64,000 nucleotides of DNA. Source: Amoeboaphelidium protococcarum X5. Taxonomy: Eukaryota > Fungi > Aphelidiomycota. The notes under the pieces were generated by a model. The model worked only from the letters and a program-made list of their open reading frames with translations, did no database searches and had not been told where the DNA came from. Both the position numbers and the translations under genes were made by a program. The stretch is taken from NCBI GenBank assembly GCA_023515725.1, contig JALDTO010000155.1, forward strand, positions 779,147 to 843,146, written 5' to 3'. Below are positions 19,341 to 32,566 of the stretch, in pieces. Position 1 is the stretch's first letter; each line of letters starts with the position of its first letter.

Positions 19341-19452
19341 CAGAGAGAGAGAGAGAGCGATACAAAATCAAACAAAAGGTCCGTTTGAAGTCGGCCACTC
19401 TGATATGCTCTCTCACTCACTCACTCTCTCTTCTCTCTCTCTTCTTCTCTTC
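19341..19452. repeat. (GA)n and CT-rich microsatellites upstream of the VWA-VWD gene
   Basis: cagagagagagagagag and ctctctcactcactcactctctcttctctctct tracts. Confidence 0.7.
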
Positions 19453-19536
19453 CCACACTTGACTTTAACTACAAGCCGTTTGTTTATACACTGCATCTTC
19501 TGCTTTGAACTTCTTGTATAAAGTAATCAAGTTGTA

Positions 19537-22500
19537 ATGAAGAATTCTGCTGTTGTTGGCTTCCTTGCTTCGGCGCTGTTGGTGCTGGTTCAAGGTGCCC
19601 AGTCTCTGAATCCGTCTGTATGCCCTCCGCAAACAAACTCGAAGCCTGTTGATATAGTTTGGGTCATTAATGAGTACTCCTCTGCTACTAACCCATCTTC
19701 TGATATCAATAACTATAGAGCTTTTGCTAGCTAAGGTAAACTTGTCTTTTATGTCTGTTCAACATTAACATCGATGTTTTACTTACTCGTTCACTGTGTG
19801 TAGTTACTCGTGCCTTCTTAAGCTATCCTTCTGCTACTCAGCAGAATACGGTTGTTGCATTGAGAATGAATGCTGGATCAGTTATTCTAAACAAAACTAA
19901 TGACTGGGTCGCTGCGTCCAACTCCATTGCTGCCATGACCAGTACCTCATCTGGGTCTGATGCTATGAGCAACTTGGGGTCTGCATTGACTATTGCTGAT
20001 TCGAAGTTTGATTACACTACTGGTAGTAACAGAACTCGCATAATCATCGTTCTTGCTTCTAAGGGACCTTATAGTCAACCTCTGATTAATGATCCCACGC
20101 AGGCTGCCATGAACATTAAAGCTCAGGGTACTTAGATTTACTTTGTTACCGCTTCCACTACCTTGAGAAAGTAGTACATGGCTAACATTGCTAGTCGTCC
20201 GCCATCTCGTTATGTTTTCACTGTGCCTAATTGGTCTGACTACCAGAGCTTTGTTGCTGACTTTGCAAATCTGATCAACAATGGTGATGGTTTTGTGTGC
20301 AGAGCTTTCGGTGATCCTCGTGTGATCTCATTTGATGGTCTGAGTTATGGGTTTTCTGGAACTGGTGTGTATTGGCTGGTCAACTCTCCAAAGAATGCGT
20401 TCGAGATTCAGGCTTTGGTAACGCCTTGTTATGGTGGGGCTAGTACAACCTGTATGACCGGTGTGGCTGTGTCCTACTGGAACCCATCCTTTACCCGTTA
20501 CTTGTTCATGTTGGAGCCAGCTTACGACACCATGCAAGTCTATTACCAGACATCTACCTTTTCCCTGGTTAAGATTGATCCTTCCGAGTATCAGTCATAC
20601 TCATCTGTATGGACTGTCCAGTAGATTTTGCCTGAGAATGTGTTTCAATTCTCTCACAATGTGAATGGCACCTATGTCGCTATTAAGCAGTCTTAGCTGG
20701 GCATCAATGTACGTGTCCAGGCATCTCCGCTGCTTTTCAATGCTACATCTGGTTTGTGTGGTAACTACAACTCTTGTGCAGATGATGATTTGAGTTCTGC
20801 AAATGGCACTGCCTTCGTTACTAATGTCGATGAGGCTAACATTGCTGCCAACTGGCAACGTGTACCGGAAGATCTTATTGCGTTTGACTTGACCAACGCT
20901 GCTGTAACCAAGTCGGACTGGGTTTCCTCTGAGAACGCAAAGACTCCTTACAAGGCTGAATCCCAGGATTGCTCCCGCTTGCCTGGCTTCTTGTAGGAAG
21001 CATGTAGACAGGATTCTGGCAGAACTAATGCTGCTGGTATTGCTTTGGATTACCAAGAGATTGTCAACTAAGAGTGCTTTTCCTTTTGTAAACTTGGCCG
21101 TTTCCACTCGGCTGGCTTTGTTCCGTCTGACTGTGCTGAGGTTTGTCAGAATGGTAACATTGTATCCAGTATTGCATTGAACAACTTGCCATCAAAGTTA
21201 ATGAATGTTGCGACTCCACCTAATTCCGTATTGGTTGACAAGTAGAATAACCGTACTAAAGTGTTCTTGCCTGAAGCTGTTGCTGGTGATTATTGCTTGA
21301 ACCTGACCGCAACTGATCGCCTGAACCGTGTGAGTTACGACACTGTCTACTTGCGTGTGGAGTGTACTGGGTCATCTTCTAGTCCTCTGAGTGTCACCGC
21401 CGATAACTTTACTGTGAATGTCAATCCATTCTTTGGAATGCCTCTTGTTTAGGTATCTTCTTCTGTGTCTGATAGCTCCCGTGTGCGTAAGATGAGCTGG
21501 AAGGTCATTTCCGCGCCTGGTGACGATTCCTTCCCAGAGTTGGTGAATGCTAATGGATATCGCCCAAGATTCGTTCCATATAGTGTCGGCAAGCATGTTC
21601 TGCAATTGGTCGTCTATGATGGTTGTCAGTATTACGAGAAGATTGTTGGTATCGATGTTGCATGTGTCGCTTGGAGTCCAAGTGTTGGCGTATAAGGAAT
21701 GATCATCAAGACTGCTAATAATTATGCCGTACTCAGCGGTGGTTCGGGAGGCAGTGGATATCCTCAGTTCACCTATTAGTCATCTATTTAGTCTGGTGTA
21801 GCCTCCAATTATAACTGGACTTTTGACTTTTCGATGATTGCTCCTGGTTTAAAGCCTGACTATACTGCTTATCCTAATACGATCGTGCTGCATTATCCGT
21901 AGAATGTGACATTTTTCAATGTGTCTACAACGACATCCTTGCTTACTAGCTCTATGTCTACTCCAACATCCAAAAGTGTCGGGCCTGGTGCAACTAATGC
22001 TTACAACTCTTACAGTATTCCTAGAGTATACTTTAAGACTGTCAAGGATGTTAATACTACCACTCAGCCACTGCAGTTGACTACATTCTTCCAAGTGCAA
22101 CCTCGTATTGATGTCTGCAATATCCAGATTGCTAATCCTACTTCTTAGTCCTTTACTGTCGAGTTTTAGGATGTGGTTCCTGGTGGATGTCTTGGTTAGT
22201 ATAATCTTATGGTGAATACCAGTAATACTTGTTACTGGCAGACTGATTCTGTTCCTTTGACTGTTAGCTGTGGTCCTCCGCCTGTTGCCATGATTGATCA
22301 CTGTAACTCTGTTGCTGGAACTTGCAACGTTGACTAAACTCTGGGTAATTCCTTGCCTGGCTCTTCTCAGAAGTTTGTCTATTACAATTACACATCTGCT
22401 ACGTATCCTCAGATGAGCTTTAGATCCAGCGAAAGTTATGACTATCTTCAACTGGGCGGCGGTCGTACTTTGACAAGAAAGTGGAATGTGACTACCTCTT

Positions 22501-24890
22501 TTGATCCATCCAACCAAGCCTCTACCTATCTAGACTCCACTTCTGCTAGCACTGTCACCTTTAGTCCAAATGCTGCTGGTGATTATAACATTACTCTGGC
22601 AGTGTCTGCTGGAAGTTGTTAATCATCTATTGGTTATGACTCTGCTATTGTGCGCGTGCTTTGTGAGAACACCTGTTCTGGTACATTAAGTATGTCTACC
22701 GCAGCTAGTATTGCAAGTGGCACAAGTGCTTAGTTTACCGCTTCTGTGTCTAATACCACTTGTCAGTACTTTAGCAAGTATAGATATAACATGACTGGTT
22801 TCCCTGCTGTTTACAACAACTACTTCTATCGCAATACTCTGGGTGCAAATCCTAATGGTTTAGTTGGTACGCTGTAGACTGCCTCTGGATTCACTGTTAA
22901 TCCATACTCTACTGCTCCAACCTGGGCTGGTTAGTACACTATGTCTCTGATATTCAATGATGGTTGTGCTTAGTCCACCAGCACTTAGACGTTTACTGTC
23001 ACCTGTCCTAATACACTGAGTTCTGTGACTGCTACTGGTGCATTCACTGCCTCTGATGTTAATGGAGTTATGTAGAGTATTAACCTTACTGCTGCTGCTA
23101 ATGTCGGTGCTGCAGTTGGAACTCAGTTCTATTGGACTGTTTATGATTAGTCTAATGCAGTGGTTTCTAGTTCAGTTGGAACTAATTATGTTACACAGCT
23201 GGCAAAGGGAAGTTACAAGTTGGATCTGACAGCTAGCGATCAATGCTAGGCTATCAACAGCACCTATACACTGACTGTCAATTGTGGATCAATCCCAACT
23301 CCTGTGCTGACTTCCACACTGATTCCTGGTAATTCAGTTAATGTATCTTACACTCCATTTGATGCGACAACTGTTGGATACACCAAAGTGTGGACAGTAA
23401 GGAACCGTTATGGCGCAAATATGGCTACTGTAACTGGTCCTGGCTATATGTACTTTACGCCAAACTTTCTTGGTACATATTATATTTCGTTGGCATTTGT
23501 GTCTTCTAGCTGTGACACTAATAGCACTACCTCCATTCAGTATAATGCTGTTGCTCCTTACACTATTGTGCCTGGAACTCAGTTCACTTCCAATATTCAG
23601 GCTGTGATGTCTGGTCGCAGTCAAGGCTTCCCTCAAGTGAACATCAATGCTAACCTGACTACTTTTACCAATACCACCTATGCTAATGTGTATTCCAATT
23701 CTTACTGGTATGTGGTGCAAGCTCCTGTATATAGTGCTTTCAGCAACTATACTGAGTCTCGTTCTATTGGGTCTGTAAATGGTTCATCCACTGTGAATAC
23801 TACTATCAGCGTTAATTCCACGTTCTCTTACATCAAGAGTGTTTAGAGTAACACCACTACTACTACGTATACTTAGGAGACTAAGTATAGTCAACTACTT
23901 GTGTATTGTTCTCAGGCTGAGTTGAGAAATGCTGGTATGTTTAGTGTGTGTTTCCGCCCTGATGTCGCTGGTACTTATAAGTTGTAGTTGGCTGTGGTTG
24001 GTCAGTATGGTGAGGTGTACTCTCTTAGTTATCCGGTAACTGTCATTGCATCTTGTGCCTCTGCACTGAACTATAATGGTCCGGCTAACAACAACTTAAT
24101 GCTGAGCTCTGTGGCTAGAGAATTGACTCAGGTCACTAGAGTTAATGTTGACACTGGAATGATGGGATTGGGATCTGTAAACAACCTGCTAGGCTATGGA
24201 TTTGTGTTGTATGGTACCTTGAATACGTATCCGTTCATCTACAATGCTACTACTAATACCTCATCTTACGTGGAGGTGCCTGTTCCGTAGACTATTTCTG
24301 CTAGCAATGGTCGCTTGATTAACAACCTGGCTAATCGCGTATCCTTCTTGGTGACTTAAAACTATTCCAACTACTTGCTTGAGCTCACCTCCACCACTGG
24401 GTGTTAGATTGTGAGATTCAACACCAGTTTGGATATTAGTTACTCTGACAGTGGCGTTGGCAAGTGGAACTCCATTTCTTCCTTTGGCGGAGCTGATTTT
24501 GCTGGCAATACCTCTGTGAATGCTAATACTGCGATGGTGTACAGATATAACCCAGATAAGCGCTATGGTCTAGGATTTGTGGCAACTTACCGCGGTAATC
24601 TGAAGAGTGCCTCCGTGGCTTTCGGTAGATGTGGTGCTGCTGGTTTTGTTTCTGGTTCTACTAGTGCTCTTAGTACTGGTGCTATCATTGGTATTGCTAT
24701 TGGTGCAGCTGTTGGTGGTCTATTACTGCTGGCTGGTGGATTCTTCCTATTCAAGAAGTATGGTCACAAGATGTTTAGCAGCGGTGGTGGCAGCGCTACC
24801 AAGAATGCAACCTATACTGTACCTACCCAGAAATCTACTCAGGTGGAACAGACTCGTCAAGATCCAAGTGTTGCTGGTGAGTAGTACTGA
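19537..24890 (+). CDS. Large type I membrane protein: signal peptide, VWA-like, VWD, Cys-rich, PKD/Ig-like beta repeats, TM, short tail; 1761 aa; intron 19736-19803
   Basis: PVDIVWVINEYSS and RTRIIIVLAS (VWA), CRAFGDPRVISFDG and GLCGNYN (VWD), repeated F.P...G.Y.L.L motifs, TM GAIIGIAIGAAVGGLLLLAGGFFLF followed by KK. Confidence 0.85.
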
Positions 24891-25103
24891 TCTTGATATA
24901 CTGGTGGTTAATGGTTTATTTTGAATTTCGTAAAATTGGAAATGTGGATAAAAAATTGATGTTGAGATGTAATAAGGATGAAATGACGATGAATAATGTA
25001 TTTAATAGTTGTGAATTGCGTTACAGCTTTAATTTTTCTAATTCCAGTTTTAAGATGATGATAAGTGTAAGAGTTCAAACAACAATGCTCTATTTAATAT
25101 ACT

Positions 25104-25481
25104 TCAAGGCAACGGACCAGTTTTTAGAAATACCTTATGAAGGTACGCGTTTAATCGCTCATTATCAACGGCCGGAGTTGACTGAACCGTGTTGAGGCAC
25201 CGCTGCAAACCCTGTGCCAAAAGAGCACACGATGCACTGTCCACACTATGCGATTTCCAGCACTAGAACAGAGCATCCATCTCAGCACCGCACTATTATT
25301 ACTATTTACCGCCTTTAACCGCGCCCTTCGATCCAGACCGTCGCGCTCCTCCAATTGCACCAGAGGATGACGCGTTATTCTTCAATCTCATTGGGATATC
25401 TCTACACATTTCAGATTATTATTATTTTAATCAGTACTTTTATCAGGCGCATTATTAGCGGTGCAAGTCTTACTTCTTCAT
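25104..25481 (-). CDS. Twin CX9C mitochondrial ribosomal protein mS37 (Mrp10/CHCHD1-like); probable short first exon
   Basis: CGAEMDALFQCW...CALLAQGLQRC...RLNAYLHKV; main exon open from 25391; upstream GTAAGA...TGTAG intron. Confidence 0.7.
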
Positions 25482-25695
25482 GGTACTATAATTGTTATTC
25501 AGATATCTACGAAATATAAATTGAACGTTTCGCTCGTAAAAAACACAGTGATGAAGGTAAAAATTCCAAAGTCGCGCTTTGAATAAACTCTGTTAGGCAA
25601 AACTCTCGAGTTCTCCATCGTTCGTTTCTTCCGGTTGAAGTCTCGATCAATAATTACGACGATTGCATTACGGTAGGATCATCAACTTTTTTATA

Positions 25696-26661
25696 ATGTC
25701 AGTGTCCCGAGTTGTAGTATCTCCTCAGGTTCTTTTTGAGATTAGTAATCATTTACAGTATGTGAAAGTGAATAATATTGACTCTAAGAATGCTGAGAGT
25801 GAGAGTAATAATTACTGTCTTGGAGTACTGCTTGGTAATGTGCTGAATTAAGATTCTGATTAATATCAAGTTACAGCTTGCTTCCAACTTCCATTCAAAA
25901 TTGGTGATAAAGATACTATAGAGTCTAGTGAATAATGGCGTGCTACTTGTTAAAGTATAATTGACTTTCACCTGCAACACAATGAATCGCTGACAGTTCT
26001 TGGTCTATACTCATGTCCCACTTTATCCACTGATAGTGCGAATAGCAATTCAGTGTACAGTAAACTTATTTAAGAGCTTGCCGGTATTATTATGAATTAT
26101 TAAAAGGCTAAAGTACACTAGCCGCTACTGCTTTTGAATTGCTAATTCTCTAGCAGAGATGGACTCTCACTTGATACCAAGTTACTATCATAGGATGGTT
26201 AAATCATGACGCGTAGTTAACTAACATTATAGTCTTAATTGGATGTTGTGGTATAGAACACAGGAGAATATTGTAGTAATAATGACATTGCAGAAAAGAT
26301 TGCCATTAGAGATTTAATGTCATCGCGAGTGGATGAGGTTGAATTATTGTAATCTAGACTTGATTCATTGCGTTAATTCCACAAGTAGGTGCAGTTCTAT
26401 TAAAAGTCACTCAAAAATAATAATAATAATGAAATGAATGTTGGCGGAATGGGAGATGGAAGTACGTCATAAGATTAAGATTCTACTCAGCGTGCTTTGT
26501 AATTTGTATCGTCTATAATGAAGGCGGCGTATAATGCTGGTGATGGAAAAGGCTATACACCACGTCGTCAAATTACTTAATGTCGTGAGGTGTTGCACTT
26601 GCTCAAAGTCTTTGAGGCTTCCACGCAGCTAAACACTCTGATTGACCGTGAATTGATATGA
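25696..26661 (+). CDS. Divergent non-catalytic MPN-domain protein, CSN6/Rpn8/eIF3f-like, 321 aa
   Basis: VVVSPQVLFEISNH, CLGVLLG, VTACFQLPF, VLGLYS, AEKIAI; no JAMM HxH. Confidence 0.6.
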
Positions 26662-26916
26662 ACCACTTCTGAACTGAAATATATGTATACAATGTATGAT
26701 TTTTGTACTTTATAGCCTGTTTACTAAGTGGCTATATCAGTCTGTCAATTTTACTATCTACGTGTGGGATGGACAGATTGAACATTGACTACAAACTTTT
26801 TTTTATTAACCAATTCCGACCAATTAAGGACAATATTTAAAAACATAGACTACTATAACAGCAAGTAAAAGCAATTAGAGACAAAGTACAAACTATATAT
26901 ATCAAAGAACAATCAA

Positions 26917-28065
26917 TCATTGGTAATTCATTGACATTCCAGAAATGACGTTAATAGCAATGTCGTTCGCAGTGGCAGTTGATGCAATTCCAGTCGGTCC
27001 AATTTTGGCGTTGGGATCATAAGTTTCTGCTATGAGATTATGAATATGCTTCGCCACATTGTTGTATTATAGTTATTACGACTATTGACTGGATTACGAA
27101 GATTAAAGTGACGACTCCTGCTACTGCTACTACTACAATGACTCTGTAGTCTATATGGAAGCTAGCGATGACTGAGATCCAAGCAGGGATGAGTCTGGTA
27201 TATACTGAGTATTCGATCCAAGTCCATACAGGTTGCCGAGATACTTTTAATCATCAATCTATCCTTTGAAATACGTCTTTCGCATCTAAAAAAAGGTTAG
27301 AGCAGTGAGCAGAGAATCACTTCCCGCCTGATGCTGTGGGCCAACTCTCTCCACTTTGAGCTCATCCGCCACGTCCTAAAGACCACCCTTGAGATTCTTG
27401 CAACTCCTCATCAGATACTTGATGTCATAGATACACGGGAACCAGAGCCTGAGCACGTCAAAGAACTCCGACTCAGTCTTGCCAAGTCCATTCTACTTTA
27501 ACTAGCCGTGGTATCCATTATTATCAGGTGTACCGTAGCCAGAGAGAACTTTGATCAGGTACGCAAAATCATAGCTAGAATGGAACGATATCCACTTGAC
27601 TTCATCCAACAGTACGAGGCCAGATGTTATCATGAGCTCAGAGAATACGGTGGGATTAATTCCATCTACAGAAAATTTCTAAAAGTCTATACCACTCTTT
27701 TGCAGGAGCTCTATACTATCATTAGCGTACATATCCTCGGCCAGGTTGAATTTAAAATTAAACTGCCAGGTGCACACGGTCGGCGGCAACCGGCCCTGCT
27801 CATCAGCGAATGTAAGTCCCAGCTGGATGAGATTAAGAAGGTCCACATTACATCGCAGTGTCTAGTACAAATAATCCTGGGCAGTCTTAAAATTTCCCAG
27901 CGGTCGAGCTACAACGCCGGGGAACTCGGTATCCATAGCCACGTACGGATAGTCTTGCACAATCTGGGCAATATTCTTCATTTCCTCCTCCAAGTTCTCA
28001 GCCCATACATCCTTGATGATGTACTGGCAGTCTTTATTTAAAAGCTTCAGAAATGATTATGACAT
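26917..28065 (-). CDS. CAF1: CCR4-NOT deadenylase Caf1/Pop2 (DEDD nuclease), 382 aa
   Basis: [56 protein letters not shown]. Confidence 0.96.
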
Positions 28066-28429
28066 TTCCACTCCTCAATATATTGTCCTAGATGTCCAAT
28101 TCGGTAATTCAACAGTACCACTAATAATAAGATAGGAAGTGCAGTGATAATAAATGCAATAACAATTTCCCTTTACAGACAGACTACTTGGCCAAATGAA
28201 CGAGAACGACAGAGAGAGAGAGAGAATAAGGGGAAGCGGCGTGTCTGTGAGTGTTTCTCGCCATATTTTACTTTCTCATACAGAAAGATTTTAGATTTGT
28301 CTCATTCCAGGATGATCCTATTAATGGTGGTCGAATATTAAATTAAATGGTCCATTTGAAATAGAAAGGGATACATATATTGCAAATATAATAACTATAG
28401 CATCATTGACATTGAGTATTACTGCTCAT

Positions 28430-29867
28430 TCATTCATTCAGAAATGATTGTCGCATTATTATGTAAAGCTTTTGTACGCGATTCTCTTGGAATATGCCTT
28501 TGAGGCAATTTATATCCATAACTTTAAACCAAACAAGGCAAGGAAATGTCCAAGTTTTACGGATACTGCTCTTTGACACCAGCAAGATTATAATACTTCT
28601 ATTTAATGAATCTCCGCTAGATGCCAGAACTTTGAGGATAAGCAATATCTCGAATGTCAAACCGACCTGACTTATATTGCCACTTTGCAACTTTGGTAGT
28701 TCGCAAAGCATTACATTGTTCACTTCATTTTGCCCTCTAAATTGATTATTTTCAAAAAAACCTTAGTCGCGTTAGAGTTGAGAGGTATCAAACGCACGTC
28801 ATCCATGTACAACAAACCAGTATCCATGAATCGAATGTCAACGTCATCCTAATTTAGGTGCACTTGCACAAAGAGTTTAACTAGAGAGTTTAGCACACGC
28901 TGGACTAATTCAGGATGTTTAGCTTCAAATTCATAGAAACGCTACAGATATAGCGAACGTCGCTAGACAGAGTACTGTTCAATAATGTAGCGAAGACTGA
29001 AATTGAGGCCACCAAAGTCTTTACCTAAAATCAATAGCTCTCGCGGAATATCTCCAGTAACGCTACGAATCTCGGGAATAAATTCTTCAGCAAAGTCAGG
29101 ATGTTGAGCTATCTGTGCAAACTGAGGCGTTTAAAACCAAGACTTGACTTCATCATTGGTAAGCCCACACACATGACCGACAAACTATTCATGACCAGAT
29201 CCAAGTTAAAGACAATAAGGCGAATCAGCACTGCCCGTCACGAAGATACCTCCTCGCTTATAATTCATTCCCCAGTCAATTATTGAGAATGGTTACTGGT
29301 CACGAATTAAATGCACGCCATCCGCAAACAAAGCTTGCACTTCATCAAACGCCAAAATGACTTCAACGTCTTGTTCCACAACAATGTCTTCACAAAACAT
29401 ATCAAATAGCCGTATAAAATATTCGTGCGACAGACTATGGTCGATTAAAGCGTCAACCCATGAGACGCGATTACCGGGCGGAATGCAATACTTGTATTTT
29501 TGTTGAATGGTAGCAGCGGTACTTTGCAGACCGGAAAGCACAGCATCGAAGAAGTATGCGTACCAATCTGCTGGAGACCCAAGGCATTAACTCAGCCAGT
29601 CATCGCACCGCGGAATATAAACGACAAACCATCCAAGTTGACGCGCCCTATGCACCACATAATACATTATCGCGCTTTTCCCAACACCCATCGGTCCAGC
29701 TAAATATATGCCAACTTGAGATTGATCTTAAACAAGATGCTGCACTCGATCCCAAATTTTAAGACATTGCTTGCTCTCAATGAACCGCCATCTATCCACT
29801 CTTTCAAGAATTCTTTGGGCACGAACCTAAGATCTTAAGAAATTGTTATGCTAATTCTATCGCCCAT
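28430..29867 (-). pseudogene. Crinkler-type P-loop NTPase plus start of a restriction-endonuclease-like module, two frameshifts
   Basis: Walker A GPMGVGKS, GWFVVYIPRCDDW, Walker B LAFDEVQ, TGDIPREL, later GLTFE; frame breaks near 29783 and in the A7 run at about 28754-28760. Confidence 0.65.
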
Positions 29868-30000
29868 TTAAATAAAATGATTGACAATCAAGTATAAATG
29901 AAGATAAACAACAATTGATTATGACTTAAAATGTCCCTCAAGTCCGATTAAATTGAACAAAAATCATTAGATTAGAAGGTATTTTAGAAGTAATTAACTT

Positions 30001-31230
30001 TCATTGATAAGTTTACAACGACTGCCTTCGAGTAAAAAGTAGCCGAGTGATACTTGTAGGAACCAGCGGTATAACACTATTAAATACAAACGTTCCATAA
30101 ATCATGAGAGCAAATCCCACGACTTGTAACCATATGAAGTCTTCCCAAGCCAGAGCCAGACTAACAAGCCAGATGAACAGAGTTCTACACGTATCGATAG
30201 TCGTTCGTGAGGTGGCAGAGATGAAGCGCGTCACGTTCAGGCCGAAACAGTTGAACGAGGCCACAGACACAGCACATCCAATGCTTGTGCCCCAGATCTT
30301 GGGATCAGATACTAATTATTCGTACCCAGTTATCAGATCAAAGTATCCACCAGTGTCCTTCCCAAAGGTGAAGTGGAAAAGAGGCATCAGGAACAGTAGA
30401 GTGATAAGACCAAACGTTCCCTCTAAACCGATCAACTTTATAGGAGGAGCAGAATACTTGAGCAGGATCTACTCTTCAATAACAAATTGTAATGCCGCAG
30501 ATAATTAGGCGCAAATTATGAACACGACTCCAATTGCAGGATTCAAAAATTATTGATGTTAAGTCTATACCTCATCACTAGCATCTTGAAATAACAATGG
30601 AGCCAGTCCGACCAATGAAACACCAAGCATGACAGCTAAAAGAGCAATTATGCGGTAAAGAGGCAATTTGACTCGTAAAATCAGAAATGATAACGCGCCC
30701 GTGAAGATGACAACAGATCCACGCAACATGGAATACACTGAAGCAGCAACGGCAAGCAAGCCAACATTGACCAGAGTCGTGGCAACGATATCGCATACCG
30801 TCGGTAGCCACAGTAACAAACATAAATGTCCAGTCAGCTCTTTACGTAGCATAATCTTTACAGAATCATCGTCTTTAACTGAGACCTGATCTTGAAAAGT
30901 AGCATCGTCATTGATGGCATTGATCAATGGAGCGGCATCATCTAAATCATCATTGCGAACCAATTATTTCTGCTTATGTAGCCCAGACGATATATTATTA
31001 AAGAGATAAACGAGCATGCACAGAAAATTACCAAAAAATACAGTCAATGTCTGCCAGACTGGTTGGGCATAGTAGATTGGTTTACTGTCGCCATTGTTAC
31101 AATTCCGGACACATTGCTTATCTTGGAATTTGTTTAATAGCGTGTTCGCAGTACCAGTGACAAGCATCCCAACTACTAGAACTATTGTAAATACGAGAGA
31201 AATACTTCTTTTCTGTCTTGCATTGCCCAT
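30001..31230 (-). CDS. SLC35F6-like DMT/nucleotide-sugar transporter, 409 aa
   Basis: GMLVTGTANTLLNKFQD, LPTVCDIVATTL, SVYSMLRG, SATSRTTIDTCRT. Confidence 0.9.
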
Positions 31231-31429
31231 TTTATAATCTAAAGATAATGTGATCAGTTGTTATTTACTGAGAGGTTCAATACAGCTGTAGTCTATTGAA
31301 AACCGCCAAACTTTAGCATTTTGGTACGCAATAGTTGAGATAACGGCACTGTTAATTTGCTACTTTAATGTTCATTGATTAAACTGAAATGAAAGCAATA
31401 TAACAATAAATGAAAAATGTTAATCTTAT

Positions 31430-32263
31430 TCAGTCGTCGTCATCATCATCACTAATAATGGCGCGTCTCTTTGGAATATTGGAAGACTCTGGCTGAATAT
31501 TGTCTGCCGATTGCTACCTTGAATCGTCATCATCTGACAGATTCTGCTATGGCCTGTCTCCAAGTTTAGACGACACTAACTTTCTACTTTGTGCAATAGC
31601 CTGATCATTATTATCGTCACCCTCAGATTCATCCTCAGTTTCCACAGCTTCTTCCTCCTCCTCTTCTTCTTCTCCAGAACCACCTTAAACGGAAACCTCA
31701 TCAATATCCGATCCATCTTCGCCGACATCTTGACCAAACTCGCCATCATCGTCGCTATCATTAGTGACAAACGAATCCACAGAGTCGCTTCTATTTCGCT
31801 TTTATATTGGCTTATTGTTCTGTTACTTGGACTGTTATTTAATGCTAGAACTTATGGCAGATTTCTTTTACGATTATACTTATACTCTAGCTGCAGACTA
31901 CTATGCTCCATTGCTATACTTTTATAAGAGAGACTTTTACTGCTACTATACAGACGGTGCTCCACCTCCTCCTCCTCCTCCTCTGATAAACTATTCCATA
32001 GGCTACTACAGATGTTATTATTATTGCGCATCTTCACACGCATCCACCCAGTTGGCATATACATCAATCGCTTCATCGAGCGGTGTGATCTTACATGACC
32101 AATTCACTCCACACATTCGGCAGTTTACCGTGCCAATCTGTTGATCTTTGACAATCCTCACAGCAATAGCACTTTCATGATTGCAAAATAGACAGGTGAA
32201 TGTCTTGTCCAGCGTCTACTTCTATCTCTTGACTGGTGCTCTAGTACTCTTTCTCTTACCCAT
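31430..32263 (-). CDS. ELF1: Transcription elongation factor Elf1 with long Q/E/D-rich tail, 277 aa
   Basis: MGKRKS, FTCLFCNHE, CRMC, IDVYANWVDACE. Confidence 0.92.
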
Positions 32264-32566
32264 TAGGCCAATCAAATTTGTACTGAAAATCTATTTAAAA
32301 AAATGCAAATTACTCGACAATGCAATGCTATGCGTTAAGTCTCTGCGGAACCAACTGTCTTAAAGGAGAGGAAGGAAAACCATTGAGCAAAAGACAACGC
32401 GCGTGCGATGATTGATCATTGAAAGGATAAAACATGTTAGATGCTATTTTTAACCATTGTGGTTGATGTGATATCAACATCAATGTCTCTTCGCCTTTAT
32501 TGCTTGTTTAATTTTTGTATAATAATTATATTCAATCATCTAATAAGCTATAAATTTTAATATATT

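Noticed and set aside
21849-22517. 222-aa minus-strand ORF, and similar ones at 6130-6699, 20601-21107 and 27508-28041
   Set aside because: Antisense shadows of well-supported genes on the opposite strand; no motifs
28430-29867. Mitochondrial ribosomal DAP3/mS29
   Set aside because: Similar Walker A context, but no presequence, it is frameshifted, and it has the TG.IPREL and G..FE features of Crinkler-type proteins
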